Source: a virus
Taxonomy: Duplodnaviria; Caudoviricetes
Direction: 5' to 3' (one strand)
Length of the DNA stretch: 39,620 nucleotides
Virus record (IMG/VR): IMGVR_UViG_3300032212_000698
Span: 1 to 39,620 of that record
Below, piece by piece: positions 7,573 through 16,347 of the stretch. The stretch's first letter is position 1, and each line of letters begins with the position of its first letter. The position numbers and the translations under genes were made by a program. Below the pieces are notes generated by a model. That model did no database searches. It saw only the letters and a list, made by a program, of their open reading frames with translations, and was not told the origin of the DNA.

Positions 7573-8304
7573 ATGAGCTTAGACGCCACTCGCTGGGCTT
7601 GGAAGCAAAATGTAAAACCAAGTCAAAAGCTAGTTTTATTGTCTCTAGCAGATAGGGCTAATGAGGAAAATTGTTGTTTTCCGTCAGTCGCTCGCCTTGA
7701 AAATGACACTTGTTTGAATAGAAAAACAATCATGGAATCAATAAAAAAACTTGAAATTATGGGCCTCATTTCAATAGAAAAATCGACAGGAAAAGGAAAT
7801 AAATATCAGTTAATTGGTGTTGAAAACAGGCACGAAATAATAAATAAACCAGTACCAAAAACAACACCAGTCCCAAAAACGGTACTGGTACCAGAAACGG
7901 GACAACAACCAGTCCCAAAAACGGGACAGGGTAGTACCAAAAACGGTACTGGTACCAGTCCCAAAAACGGGACACTAATCTACCAATCTAATCTATCAAG
8001 TAATCTACCAACTGAATCTAGGAAATATAAATCGATTGATTTGGAAAACCTTCCTGACCAAATAAATGCTGAATCAGCAAAAGGATTTATTGATCATCGA
8101 AAGTTAATAAAAAAACCACTGACGCAAAGAGCATTTGATATGGCAATGAAAGAGGCATTGAAAGCTGGCGAAGTTGGATTAACTGCAAATGAAATTATTG
8201 ATAGAACGGTTATGAAGGGTTGGCGAGGAATTGATTTAAGTTATTTCAAAAATGATCAGCGTCACTCGAAACCACAACAAAAACAAAAAGAGCTTGCATC
8301 ATGA
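7573..8304 (+). CDS. Replication initiator (lambda O analogue, N-terminal wHTH)
   Basis: KLVLLSLADRANE...CFPSVARL HTH; internal iterons; precedes the helicase. Confidence 0.9.
   Translation: MSLDATRWAWKQNVKPSQKLVLLSLADRANEENCCFPSVARLENDTCLNRKTIMESIKKLEIMGLISIEKSTGKGNKYQLIGVENRHEIINKPVPKTTPVPKTVLVPETGQQPVPKTGQGSTKNGTGTSPKNGTLIYQSNLSSNLPTESRKYKSIDLENLPDQINAESAKGFIDHRKLIKKPLTQRAFDMAMKEALKAGEVGLTANEIIDRTVMKGWRGIDLSYFKNDQRHSKPQQKQKELAS
7852..8020. repeat. Replication origin iterons
   Basis: Six 16-bp GT(A/C)CCAAAAACGG(G/T)AC-type units at 7852, 7870, 7888, 7912, 7934 and 7958, then AATCTA(C/T)CAA repeats. Confidence 0.88.
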
Positions 8305-9581
8305 GTCTACAACACGAAAAAGCCGTAATAGGCGCATTACTAAAAAATTCATCAGCTATCGATGAAATCGATTTAACACCTGTCGATTTTGAGCATGAGT
8401 CATATCGCCTTGTGTATCAAACAATCATTGATTTGATTGCAGGAAACCAGATAGCCGATGTGCTAACCGTTGCCAGCAGGCTAGACAAAACCAACCCAGG
8501 CGAAACATGGTTGCACTTTGTAGGCACAGCAGCAAAGGACTGTGTAACTGCGGCAAATATCGCAGGGCACGCAAAGCTAGTCAAGACTGACAGCACGAAC
8601 AGACAAGCAAAGGGTATTTGTGCGGAATTACTAAACGAAATCGATACAGCGCAAGACAGCGCGTTAAGTGTTGATGATGCTGTCAGAAAACTAATGGAGC
8701 TATCAGTAACACGGCAAAATCATGAATGCTCAATTTCCCAGGCGCTTAGAAAATCATTAGAAATGATCGAAGAAGCAGAAGAAAACGAGGGAACCGTGGG
8801 AATCCCAACGGGCATTAAAAAGCTTGATGAGGTTCTAGGCGGTTTTCATGATTCTGATCTGTATGTTATAGCGGCCAGACCTGCAATGGGAAAAACAGCG
8901 TTTTTGTTAAATCTTGCAAACAGTCACAACGAACAAATAGGAATCATTAGCGCAGAACAACCCGCCGAACAATTAGGTATTCGATTAATCGCCATTAACG
9001 GAAAAGTAAACGCTCAAAAAATGCGTACAGGAAATATGGACGATTACGAATATACAAAATTATCAAGTTCAGTTTCACGACTGCATACAAATAACAATAT
9101 TTGGATAAACGACAAATCAGGGATAGGAATTCTTGAATTAATCAGACAAGCGCGAAAATGGAAACATCAACATAACATTAAAGCGTTATACGTCGATTAC
9201 ATACAGCGTGTTAAGTGGACAGATCAAAGAATTGCAAAGTGGGAGCAAGTCGGGAATGTTGTAGGGGCTCTCAAGGAGCTTGCAAGGGACTTAGATATAC
9301 CGGTTATAGCTCTAGCCCAGGTCAATCGAGAAGTTGAAAAGAGAAACGATAAACGTCCGTGTATGGGAGATATTGCTAACTCATCAGAAATTGAAAAAGA
9401 AGCTGATGTAATTATGACGTTATACCGCGATGAGGTTTACAACGAACAATCAGAACATCAGGGGACGATGGAAGTTAGCGTATGTAAAAACCGTCACGGC
9501 CCAACTGGATATATACGCACTGTATGGATTGAGCAATATATGCGTGTAGAAAATTACGCGCCAGATATGAGGGAAAGTTAA
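8301..9581 (+). CDS. dnaB: Replicative DnaB-family helicase
   Basis: AARPAMGKT Walker A, VDYIQ, LAQVNR, IEKEAD, KNRHG. Confidence 0.97.
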   Translation: MSLQHEKAVIGALLKNSSAIDEIDLTPVDFEHESYRLVYQTIIDLIAGNQIADVLTVASRLDKTNPGETWLHFVGTAAKDCVTAANIAGHAKLVKTDSTNRQAKGICAELLNEIDTAQDSALSVDDAVRKLMELSVTRQNHECSISQALRKSLEMIEEAEENEGTVGIPTGIKKLDEVLGGFHDSDLYVIAARPAMGKTAFLLNLANSHNEQIGIISAEQPAEQLGIRLIAINGKVNAQKMRTGNMDDYEYTKLSSSVSRLHTNNNIWINDKSGIGILELIRQARKWKHQHNIKALYVDYIQRVKWTDQRIAKWEQVGNVVGALKELARDLDIPVIALAQVNREVEKRNDKRPCMGDIANSSEIEKEADVIMTLYRDEVYNEQSEHQGTMEVSVCKNRHGPTGYIRTVWIEQYMRVENYAPDMRES

Positions 9582-9799
9582 TGGTAGCCAGTCTTGAAAT
9601 TATGCTGGAAGTTTTTGAATCAGAGAAGCCAGTTTATAAAATCAAGCATTCGATTGTTAGAAAAAAAGATGTATACGAAATAGTGAGACCTAATGGGTCA
9701 ATAGTGAATGAGGCAAAGCACAGTGAAAGAAACTTCGCTGAAAGACATTTAAGCACATTAATAGCATTTGGATATTGTACAGGTGAAGTCAATGGATAA
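9581..9799 (+). CDS. Hypothetical protein
   Basis: 72-aa coupled ORF. Confidence 0.65.
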   Translation: MVASLEIMLEVFESEKPVYKIKHSIVRKKDVYEIVRPNGSIVNEAKHSERNFAERHLSTLIAFGYCTGEVNG

Positions 9800-9989
9800 T
9801 TTAAATTTAGTAAATCAGGCGCTACAGCCTAAAACATATTACAGGCCTTGTGATGTTGCGGAAGTAGCAGAGATACCCATAAGCGAAGCAAGGAGACAGT
9901 TAAGACGGTTGTTAATGGGTGACTGTGTTGAGTGCATCAAGCAGGGTACAAACAAGGTTTATTTAACTAAGCAAATGAGTTTGATTTAA
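9792..9989 (+). CDS. Small winged-HTH protein
   Basis: DVAEVAEIPISEARRQLRRL..G HTH-like pattern. Confidence 0.6.
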   Translation: MDNLNLVNQALQPKTYYRPCDVAEVAEIPISEARRQLRRLLMGDCVECIKQGTNKVYLTKQMSLI

Positions 9990-9991
9990 CT

Positions 9992-10441
9992 ATGTTGATA
10001 ACTAACGAAGCACAAAGAAGCGCTTTTATAGCAAAGGCTAACAAAGTTGATTTGTCTAAAAAATCTTGGTTGTTTGAAGCAAAGCCTTTCGAGCCTAAAC
10101 GTTCAGATTCGCAAAACAGGCTATTAAATCTCTGGTACACGGAAATAGGAAAACAATCAGGAAATGGGTTTAGCTATGAGAGAAACTTTTACAAGTTCAC
10201 ATATGGTGCACCAATTTTAGTTAGAGATAACCAAGAATTTGCAGAGTTCTACGGTGAATTAGTTGCAAACCTTGAGCATGAGATGTGCATTCAAGCTATT
10301 CAGTTTATCCAGGTATCTAGCATTATGAAGGTTAAACAGTTTACAGAGTATCTAAACAATATTGATCAAAATTCAATTGAAAGAGGTTTCCACCTATCAA
10401 AACCTGATGACATTTATTTTCAGGCTATGGGGATTAAATAA
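9992..10441 (+). CDS. NinB/Orf-like recombination protein
   Basis: KRSDSQNRLL..W and SSIMKVKQFTEYL motifs. Confidence 0.75.
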   Translation: MLITNEAQRSAFIAKANKVDLSKKSWLFEAKPFEPKRSDSQNRLLNLWYTEIGKQSGNGFSYERNFYKFTYGAPILVRDNQEFAEFYGELVANLEHEMCIQAIQFIQVSSIMKVKQFTEYLNNIDQNSIERGFHLSKPDDIYFQAMGIK

Positions 10442-10719
10442 TGACAAGTAAATATACTAAATCAGCAAAAGGCCAAGAGTGTCAGGTAAGAATACCAGGT
10501 ATTTGTAATTTTAACCCAGAAACAACCGTACTAGCACATTTGAACGGTGCAGGCATGGGAAGAAAGCACGATGATAGACACGGGGCTTTTTGTTGTAGTG
10601 CTTGCCATGACGAAATAGACAGGAGAACAAGGTTTATAGATGTTGAGTTTGCAAAACAATGTCATTTAGAAGGCGTTATCCGTACACAGCAAATCTGGAT
10701 TGATGACGGATTATTATGA
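10441..10719 (+). CDS. DUF1364 (YbcO-like) Zn-binding nuclease-like protein
   Basis: AKGQECQVRIPGICN.NPETTVLAH..GMG.K..D..GAFCCSACHD. Confidence 0.9.
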   Translation: MTSKYTKSAKGQECQVRIPGICNFNPETTVLAHLNGAGMGRKHDDRHGAFCCSACHDEIDRRTRFIDVEFAKQCHLEGVIRTQQIWIDDGLL

Positions 10720-11057
10720 GTGATTTAGAAAAACAAATAGCCTTTCAAATCAAAGCCGCAAAACTACCAAAACCGGAAGAGGAATTTAAATTCCATCCAG
10801 AAAGAAAGTGGCGGTTTGATTTTGCTTATCCTGATAAAAAAATAGCCATTGAATGCGAGGGTGGCACCTGGGCAAAGAAAGCAGGGCGACATAACAGGGG
10901 TGTAGGCTTTAGAAACGACTGTGTTAAATATAATCACGCTTCAATGCTTGGGTGGATAGTTTTAAGGTTTACAAGCGACATGATAGCTAACGGCACAGCT
11001 TTAGAAATGATTGAAAAATGTTTAATAGCAACAGCTTACATAGAAGGTGAGGCATGA
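10716..11057 (+). CDS. PD-(D/E)xK endonuclease-like protein (DUF559/Vsr-like)
   Basis: EFKFHPERKWRFDFAYP..KIAIECEGG..H...KYN...GW.VLRF. Confidence 0.85.
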   Translation: MSDLEKQIAFQIKAAKLPKPEEEFKFHPERKWRFDFAYPDKKIAIECEGGTWAKKAGRHNRGVGFRNDCVKYNHASMLGWIVLRFTSDMIANGTALEMIEKCLIATAYIEGEA

Positions 11058-11260
11058 CAGAAACATCAATAGCGTACTACTCAAACCCTGAGAGAATAGC
11101 AGAGCTTGAGGAGTGTAAAACACTTAAGCACGAGCAGGGCTGTAGAGTGTGTGCCCATAGGGATATGCAAATAATCTGCTTTGAAGAACGGGTATGTAGT
11201 GAAGGGCATTCTCCGTTGAAGGGTAAGAAATATTGTTTTAACTTTGAACTTGAGGGCTAA
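11054..11260 (+). CDS. Cys-rich hypothetical protein
   Basis: CxxC and further Cys residues; coupled ORF. Confidence 0.65.
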   Translation: MTETSIAYYSNPERIAELEECKTLKHEQGCRVCAHRDMQIICFEERVCSEGHSPLKGKKYCFNFELEG

Positions 11261-11262
11261 GA

Positions 11263-11727
11263 ATGAATCCAGCAAAAGCAATGTGTGTATTAAATGCCGG
11301 TACTTGTGACCCCGGGAGAGTGACAGGAACAGGAAAACCAGAAATAGACAGTGCTATGATAAATCTTGCTTGTGGTGGATTAAAGAAAAAATATATGACA
11401 GCTATGACTATCAAATGGGGTGGAACAATGAACCAGGCAGACATAGACTCTCTGAGTGAGTTTTTATTAGGTGATGTTAGCAAGATAGCAGTATCAGAAA
11501 ATTGGAAGTACAAAAAAGGTACGCTTTTGAAAATGTGTATTCTTGCTGTAAAAGAACTGCATAGTAATAAAATATTTAACACGGATGTTAAAAAAGCAAA
11601 TGAAATAGGCGTATGCAGACAGTCATACTCTAAAAAATATAGTAAATATTACAGTGAAATATTTCTATGCTTGGATGAATATACCAATATTGCATACAGT
11701 CATATTTTTAGAAGATTAAATTTTTAA
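11263..11727 (+). CDS. Late antiterminator Q-like protein
   Basis: Last gene before pR'; C-terminal HTH-like segment (KANEIGVCRQSY). Confidence 0.65.
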   Translation: MNPAKAMCVLNAGTCDPGRVTGTGKPEIDSAMINLACGGLKKKYMTAMTIKWGGTMNQADIDSLSEFLLGDVSKIAVSENWKYKKGTLLKMCILAVKELHSNKIFNTDVKKANEIGVCRQSYSKKYSKYYSEIFLCLDEYTNIAYSHIFRRLNF

Positions 11728-11735
11728 AAAAGTGC

Positions 11736-11764
11736 TTGCAAAAATTAACATTTTTAGGCATGAT
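11736..11764 (+). promoter_or_regulatory. Late promoter pR'
   Basis: TTGCAA-17-CATGAT just after Q, followed by a terminator. Confidence 0.7.
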
Positions 11765-11780
11765 ATTTCTAGTGTCAAAT

Positions 11781-11813
11781 AAAGCCCTCTACGAAAGTAC
11801 GGGGCTTTTTTTG
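11781..11813 (+). terminator. tR'-like terminator
   Basis: AAGCCC...GGGCTT plus a T-tract. Confidence 0.8.
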
Positions 11814-11907
11814 TGTCTTATATAAATCTAAGTAAAACTCAAGACTCAACAGCATGGGCTGGTCGGGGTGGTTCCTGATTCTGGTTCGAGACCAGTGAAA
11901 ATTCAAT

Positions 11908-11938
11908 AACCCGTTATCCTTGGATGCGGGTTTTTTAT
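11908..11938 (+). terminator. Second late-leader terminator
   Basis: AACCCG..ATCC/GGAT.CGGGTT plus a T-tract. Confidence 0.75.
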
Positions 11939-11952
11939 TGCCCAGAGGAAAT

Positions 11953-12375
11953 ATGAAAGTATCAGAACACTTTGATTTAAGGGAGCTGGTACACCCGGAT
12001 ATATTTAACAAGATCGGAGCCAGGGCGTTAGATTTTCTTAATTGTAATGCAATTCTAACCCTAGAGGACTTAAGGGATAACTTCGGGCCGATAACAGTAA
12101 ATAACGATCACTTAGGCGGGAGTTACAAAGACTCTGGACTAAGAATGCCTAAAGGTACAGTAGGCGCTGAACTGTCGTCTCATCGGTTTGGAACGGGCTT
12201 TGATTTAAAGTTTAAAGACCATAAGCCTGAAGAAGTTTATTTTCATATTTTAAATAATCAGGGTATTTATCCGTATATTTCCAGAATGGAGAATGCAGAA
12301 AGGACTGTTACCTGGTTGCATGTTGAATTTTGTACCAATAAGCACGAAGGCGAAATTATTATTTTTAATCCATAG
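11953..12375 (+). CDS. Endolysin, peptidase M15-like
   Basis: S.HF.L.E start, SGLR, SSHRFGTGFD and WLHVE zinc motifs; GAGG RBS. Confidence 0.82.
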   Translation: MKVSEHFDLRELVHPDIFNKIGARALDFLNCNAILTLEDLRDNFGPITVNNDHLGGSYKDSGLRMPKGTVGAELSSHRFGTGFDLKFKDHKPEEVYFHILNNQGIYPYISRMENAERTVTWLHVEFCTNKHEGEIIIFNP

Positions 12376-12383
12376 GTGAAATT

Positions 12384-12758
12384 ATGATTTTAAAATACAT
12401 AAACAACATTAAAACCGCATTTATCGGCCTGGTCATGGCTTTGATTAGTTTTAAACCTATGCCCATTTTGGTCAACCTTGATTTTTTAGCCAATGCTATC
12501 TGGGGAGGTGATCCCCAAGAATCCATATCAAGCCGTGCGGGTAAGTTAGTCAGGGCAGGTGATAGGAAATTTGCTTACTACCTTTGTCGAGCCCTGAATT
12601 TTATAAGCAAAGGCCACTGTGAAAAGCACATACAAGAAAACGAAGGCAGCGACGAATTAATTGTATTAGACCGGGGCGCAGTCATCGGAACGATTCTATT
12701 TTTAACATGGCCATACTATTCTGATTTTGTTATGCCGTTTATTAGGGTTGTGTTGTGA
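12384..12758 (+). CDS. Lysis-region membrane protein (GGDPxESISSR motif)
   Basis: NAIWGGDPQESISSRAGK...C.......GHC; hydrophobic termini. Confidence 0.7.
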   Translation: MILKYINNIKTAFIGLVMALISFKPMPILVNLDFLANAIWGGDPQESISSRAGKLVRAGDRKFAYYLCRALNFISKGHCEKHIQENEGSDELIVLDRGAVIGTILFLTWPYYSDFVMPFIRVVL

Positions 12759-12973
12759 GATTATCTGACTCAAGAGGCAAAGAAAGCACTACATTGTTTT
12801 TTGTAGCTGTCTCGTGGGCTGTTGTTGTATTTAAGTTTGCCATTGCAGGGCTTGAGTATAACGGTGTATCAGCGCCTTCTATGGACGTTCAAGACTTCGG
12901 TATAGCTGTAGCTGCAATACTAGCAATATGGCTAGGTAGAGAGTGGACGGAAAAGAAAAATGGACAAGATTAA
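12755..12973 (+). CDS. Putative holin (2 TM)
   Basis: Two hydrophobic segments and a charged C-terminus. Confidence 0.65.
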   Translation: MRLSDSRGKESTTLFFVAVSWAVVVFKFAIAGLEYNGVSAPSMDVQDFGIAVAAILAIWLGREWTEKKNGQD

Positions 12974-13193
12974 ATCTATTTTAACTGTTATAGCAAGTTT
13001 AGGGGCTGCGATATTCGCGGCCCTTTTTTATCGCCAGAAAGCAAAAACAGAACAGGTTAAGCGTGAAGCATCAGAAACCGCAAGGAAAATAGAACAGAAG
13101 GCAGATAAGGCTTTAGTAATGGGTATGGTTGACGAACAAAAGATAAGGAAAGAAATTGAAAACAATCCTGTTGACGACATCGATCTTACTTAG
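12960..13193 (+). CDS. Putative i-spanin (Rz-like)
   Basis: N-terminal TM plus helical segment; overlaps the downstream lipoprotein. Confidence 0.7.
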   Translation: MDKIKSILTVIASLGAAIFAALFYRQKAKTEQVKREASETARKIEQKADKALVMGMVDEQKIRKEIENNPVDDIDLT

Positions 13194-13386
13194 TGGCTGT
13201 TGCTCAGTTCCTGGCAACCCTGTTTTAAATCTGCCACCACCTTTAGTTGTTCCTGTCGTTAAGGCAGAAGAAATAAAAAATTTACCAAATGACGTAAAAA
13301 AGCGTCTACAGATTCAGAATAAATTAAGAAAACAGCGAATAGTTACATTGCAAAATATTATTAAATCAACCCAGCCTAGAGAATAA
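13156..13386 (+). CDS. Putative o-spanin lipoprotein (Rz1-like)
   Basis: LLSGC lipobox followed by a Pro-rich segment. Confidence 0.72.
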   Translation: MKTILLTTSILLSGCCSVPGNPVLNLPPPLVVPVVKAEEIKNLPNDVKKRLQIQNKLRKQRIVTLQNIIKSTQPRE

Positions 13387-13388
13387 AT

Positions 13389-13586
13389 ATGCCAGATAAA
13401 GCAGCTCAAGCAGCGACAATCGCGCAAAATGTAACATATAGTGCAAGTGGTGTGGCAATGGCATCAAGTGTTTTTACTTTTGAGCACTGGATAGGGATCG
13501 GTAGTTTAAGTATTGGCGCAATAAGTCTAATTTTGACAATTTTTTTTAACCTACGCCGTGAAAAAATTATGAAAGGTGAAAAGTAA
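13389..13586 (+). CDS. Second holin-like small membrane protein
   Basis: W-IGIGSL...LTIFFNLRREK pattern typical of small holins. Confidence 0.6.
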   Translation: MPDKAAQAATIAQNVTYSASGVAMASSVFTFEHWIGIGSLSIGAISLILTIFFNLRREKIMKGEK

Positions 13587-14059
13587 TGGCTGCTAATCCT
13601 CAGTACTCAAATCAAGACGGCAAAGATAATGATGGCTACGAGATTGTCCATGTAATAAAAAATGATGAGATTCCACCACATAGGGACGTATTTTTAGATT
13701 TTTTTCACGGTCATGACGCGGGTTACTCAGCTCTAACAGTTAACGTATTTAATCCCGGGGTATGGCTTGAAATGCGGGAAATGAACCCGCATACGCGTTC
13801 AATTGTTATCAAAAACGGTGATGCTGCCTCAAGAGATTACGCATACACAATTTATTTTTCGCGTAACAAGGATGACGCGGATAGATATGCTGTAAAAACA
13901 GTTTTGGCCGGAGCTAAGCCAGATCAGGTAATCAGAGAGGTTTTAGATGCAGCTAACTATGGCTATGATCAGTATGTAAAAGTTGAAATAAAACCCACTA
14001 CAGGGCAAGCCGTTGATCAGTTGAATTTTCAGGTGTATCTGACTGGCAGAGGCGGCTAA
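13586..14059 (+). CDS. Hypothetical beta-rich protein (possible virion accessory)
   Basis: 157 aa; coupled in the late operon. Confidence 0.7.
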   Translation: MAANPQYSNQDGKDNDGYEIVHVIKNDEIPPHRDVFLDFFHGHDAGYSALTVNVFNPGVWLEMREMNPHTRSIVIKNGDAASRDYAYTIYFSRNKDDADRYAVKTVLAGAKPDQVIREVLDAANYGYDQYVKVEIKPTTGQAVDQLNFQVYLTGRGG

Positions 14060-14060
14060 A

Positions 14061-15533
14061 ATGCTCGCGTTAATTGTAGTAAAAACGGGCAGTGAAGAGG
14101 GTGGGAATTCCGGTTATGATATGCGTACCGTGATTACTTCGCTGCAGGCTCTTGGTATACGTCATCACATGGTAGTAGTTGAGAATCTGCCATCTCTTAG
14201 TTATATAAACACTCATGATTTTATAGTTATTCCTCAGTTTACAAATGGATTTGAAACGATGATCGATAATGCGGGGATAACTCGACCCATTATCGGGCTT
14301 AGTGCAAGTGCAGGTGTCGCGGGTTTTGGTGCAACTCCTGGTATAAGTGGAACTCGATCACCTATTATTGATGGGTTTTTTAATTTCCCTTGGAGTGATG
14401 AGGAGTATTTTGCTGCTTTTTCTGGCACATACACATTAACTACGGGTAAATCATTAATGACATGTGCAGCAAATCAGCCAATAAATTTAGGTGGTGCTGC
14501 ACAAACAAATGCCGGAAGATCGGCTATGTTATCAACTCAATCAGCGGGTGGTGGTAATTTATATATATCAGCAGCCAAGCCCAATAATCACGCAATGCTA
14601 CCGTTTTTAATACAAGAGGCTGTTAATGATGGAAAAATGTCTGCACCACCAAGAAAGGCTCCAATAGTTGTTGGCCTTGATCATATAAACGGGCAATACG
14701 CACATCAAGACCCTGCTTTATTAGATAAAATCGCGTCCTATGTTCCACCTGGTGGTGTTATATGGTGCGGTATCTTTAATGCTAATGCATCATACTTTGA
14801 AAACATGAGTCAAGAAGTCAAAACAAGGCTTAAAAAATACCAAGACAGTAATATATTTAAATACTGTTGGCATGATCACGTATCCCCAGTTATTGGCTCA
14901 AGCTTAGACGCGAATGGTTACGACACAGTAAAAACAAAATCAGTCATAAGTGCGGCATATATCGCAGACAAGGCGATATGGGAAAGTCACGGTTTAAAGT
15001 TTGACGAAGAGAATGGATATTATAACAACGGCTCGACCTCTTATGATGAAGGGCTTTTAGAGTTGTTTAGCTCTGATGTATCTAAAATGCAAAGCCCACT
15101 CAATGACACTGTTCAGCCAGGGTTCGGTTTTACGTCAGTTAGACAGATAGCAGGCTCTAACGTATCAAGACCAATGGAGACACGAAAACAGGTCTTTACT
15201 AACTACATACACACAAAGCGCAAAGTAGGCGGAATACAAATATTCCCTGTCTACGATATGGCGAATGGAAGTGATTCAGGTGCGTTAGATATGCCCTATG
15301 ACGTCATAGCAAGATGGCGAGATAATTTTAATTGGATAACCCTCGCAATTAATACAGGCTTTCAGTTGTACATGCACGATGAGGATTTTGTTAGCTCACG
15401 GCAAAGCCCTGGTATTGATCAACATGGAGAGGTACAAATGCAAATGATAGTTGATACCTGTAACTATCTAAAAGATATTGTTGTTCCCTTTGCTGACCCT
15501 GGCAACTATGTAAACAAAGTTAATTTTGTGTAA
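14061..15533 (+). CDS. Putative polysaccharide deacetylase/carbohydrate-esterase-like protein
   Basis: IVVGLDH, CWHDH and LYMHDED motifs resemble NodB/CE4-like barrels; alpha/beta N-terminal domain. Confidence 0.5.
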   Translation: MLALIVVKTGSEEGGNSGYDMRTVITSLQALGIRHHMVVVENLPSLSYINTHDFIVIPQFTNGFETMIDNAGITRPIIGLSASAGVAGFGATPGISGTRSPIIDGFFNFPWSDEEYFAAFSGTYTLTTGKSLMTCAANQPINLGGAAQTNAGRSAMLSTQSAGGGNLYISAAKPNNHAMLPFLIQEAVNDGKMSAPPRKAPIVVGLDHINGQYAHQDPALLDKIASYVPPGGVIWCGIFNANASYFENMSQEVKTRLKKYQDSNIFKYCWHDHVSPVIGSSLDANGYDTVKTKSVISAAYIADKAIWESHGLKFDEENGYYNNGSTSYDEGLLELFSSDVSKMQSPLNDTVQPGFGFTSVRQIAGSNVSRPMETRKQVFTNYIHTKRKVGGIQIFPVYDMANGSDSGALDMPYDVIARWRDNFNWITLAINTGFQLYMHDEDFVSSRQSPGIDQHGEVQMQMIVDTCNYLKDIVVPFADPGNYVNKVNFV

Positions 15534-16243
15534 TGCAAATATCAATACAATCAAACATTGATGATGTAATTAAGTCGATGAATGATGTTGCTAAAAGACA
15601 GCTTCCTGCGGCTGCTCAGTGGGGATTAAACGGAACAGCTAAAAAAGTAAAAGCAGCAGAGCAGAGAGAGATTAGGAAGGTATTCGACAAACCAACAAGA
15701 TACACGCAAAACTCACTATGGATAAAGTGGGCAAAGAAAACAAAACTAGAAGCGATAGTAAAGCTTAAAGATGAGGCATTCAAAGGAACACCAGCTACTA
15801 AGTATTTATCGGCACAGTTAACAGGTGGGCGTAGAAAACACAAAGGCTTTGAAAATCTTCTAATAAGTAGGGGACAGATGCCTAGCAACATGTACGCTGT
15901 GCCATCAAGAACAATGAGGTTAAATCAGTATGGCAATGTGTCAAATGGAGTTATACAAAAGATATTGTCAGGATTAGGGGCACAAAGAGATAAATATCAA
16001 CGCGCTTCTAAGGGCTCAAGAACAAGTGGCAAATACTTTTCAGGAATTATAGGGAATGTACATGGGATATGGGATATAACAAAGCTACAAAGAGGACAGT
16101 TAGCTCTTATGTTTTTGTTTGTTAAGTCGCCATCTTATAAAAAACGTTACGACTTTGAAGCCGTCGCGAATAAAACAATAAAAACGGTATTTAGACGTGA
16201 ATTCGATAAAGCATTGAAAAAAGCCTTAGAAACAGCGAGATAA
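15533..16243 (+). CDS. Basic gpZ-like tail-completion/morphogenesis protein
   Basis: QLPAAA..LN.TA..VFDKPT.YT..GG.R..K; commonly found just before lambdoid terS. Confidence 0.65.
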   Translation: MQISIQSNIDDVIKSMNDVAKRQLPAAAQWGLNGTAKKVKAAEQREIRKVFDKPTRYTQNSLWIKWAKKTKLEAIVKLKDEAFKGTPATKYLSAQLTGGRRKHKGFENLLISRGQMPSNMYAVPSRTMRLNQYGNVSNGVIQKILSGLGAQRDKYQRASKGSRTSGKYFSGIIGNVHGIWDITKLQRGQLALMFLFVKSPSYKKRYDFEAVANKTIKTVFRREFDKALKKALETAR

Positions 16244-16262
16244 TTATTATATTAAATCGTTA

Positions 16263-16317
16263 AGGTACTTTCAGAGCGGACAGCCCCAAGGGTAATTCGA
16301 ACCCCGAAGTTTCACTA
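16263..16317 (+). other. Lambda-like cos site (cosQ-cosN-I2)
   Basis: AGGTACTTTC..GACAG..GGGTAATTCGAACCCCG..GTTTCACTA aligns by eye with lambda GGGTCCTTTC..GACAG..cosN..GTTTTCGCTA, upstream of terS. Confidence 0.7.
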
Positions 16318-16347
16318 ATTATGAGCCATTTATAAGAATTCCTTTCT

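Noticed and set aside
7852-7973. CRISPR-like array
   Set aside because: Repeats are 16 bp with 2-8 bp gaps inside a coding gene, with no cas genes; they are iterons.
6698-11265. AGGGCTAA before the starts at 6710, 7348 and 11263
   Set aside because: Most simply a Shine-Dalgarno variant; too short and too few copies to call a regulatory element.
11850-11895. Functional tRNA gene
   Set aside because: No acceptor stem, canonical D-loop or CCA end.
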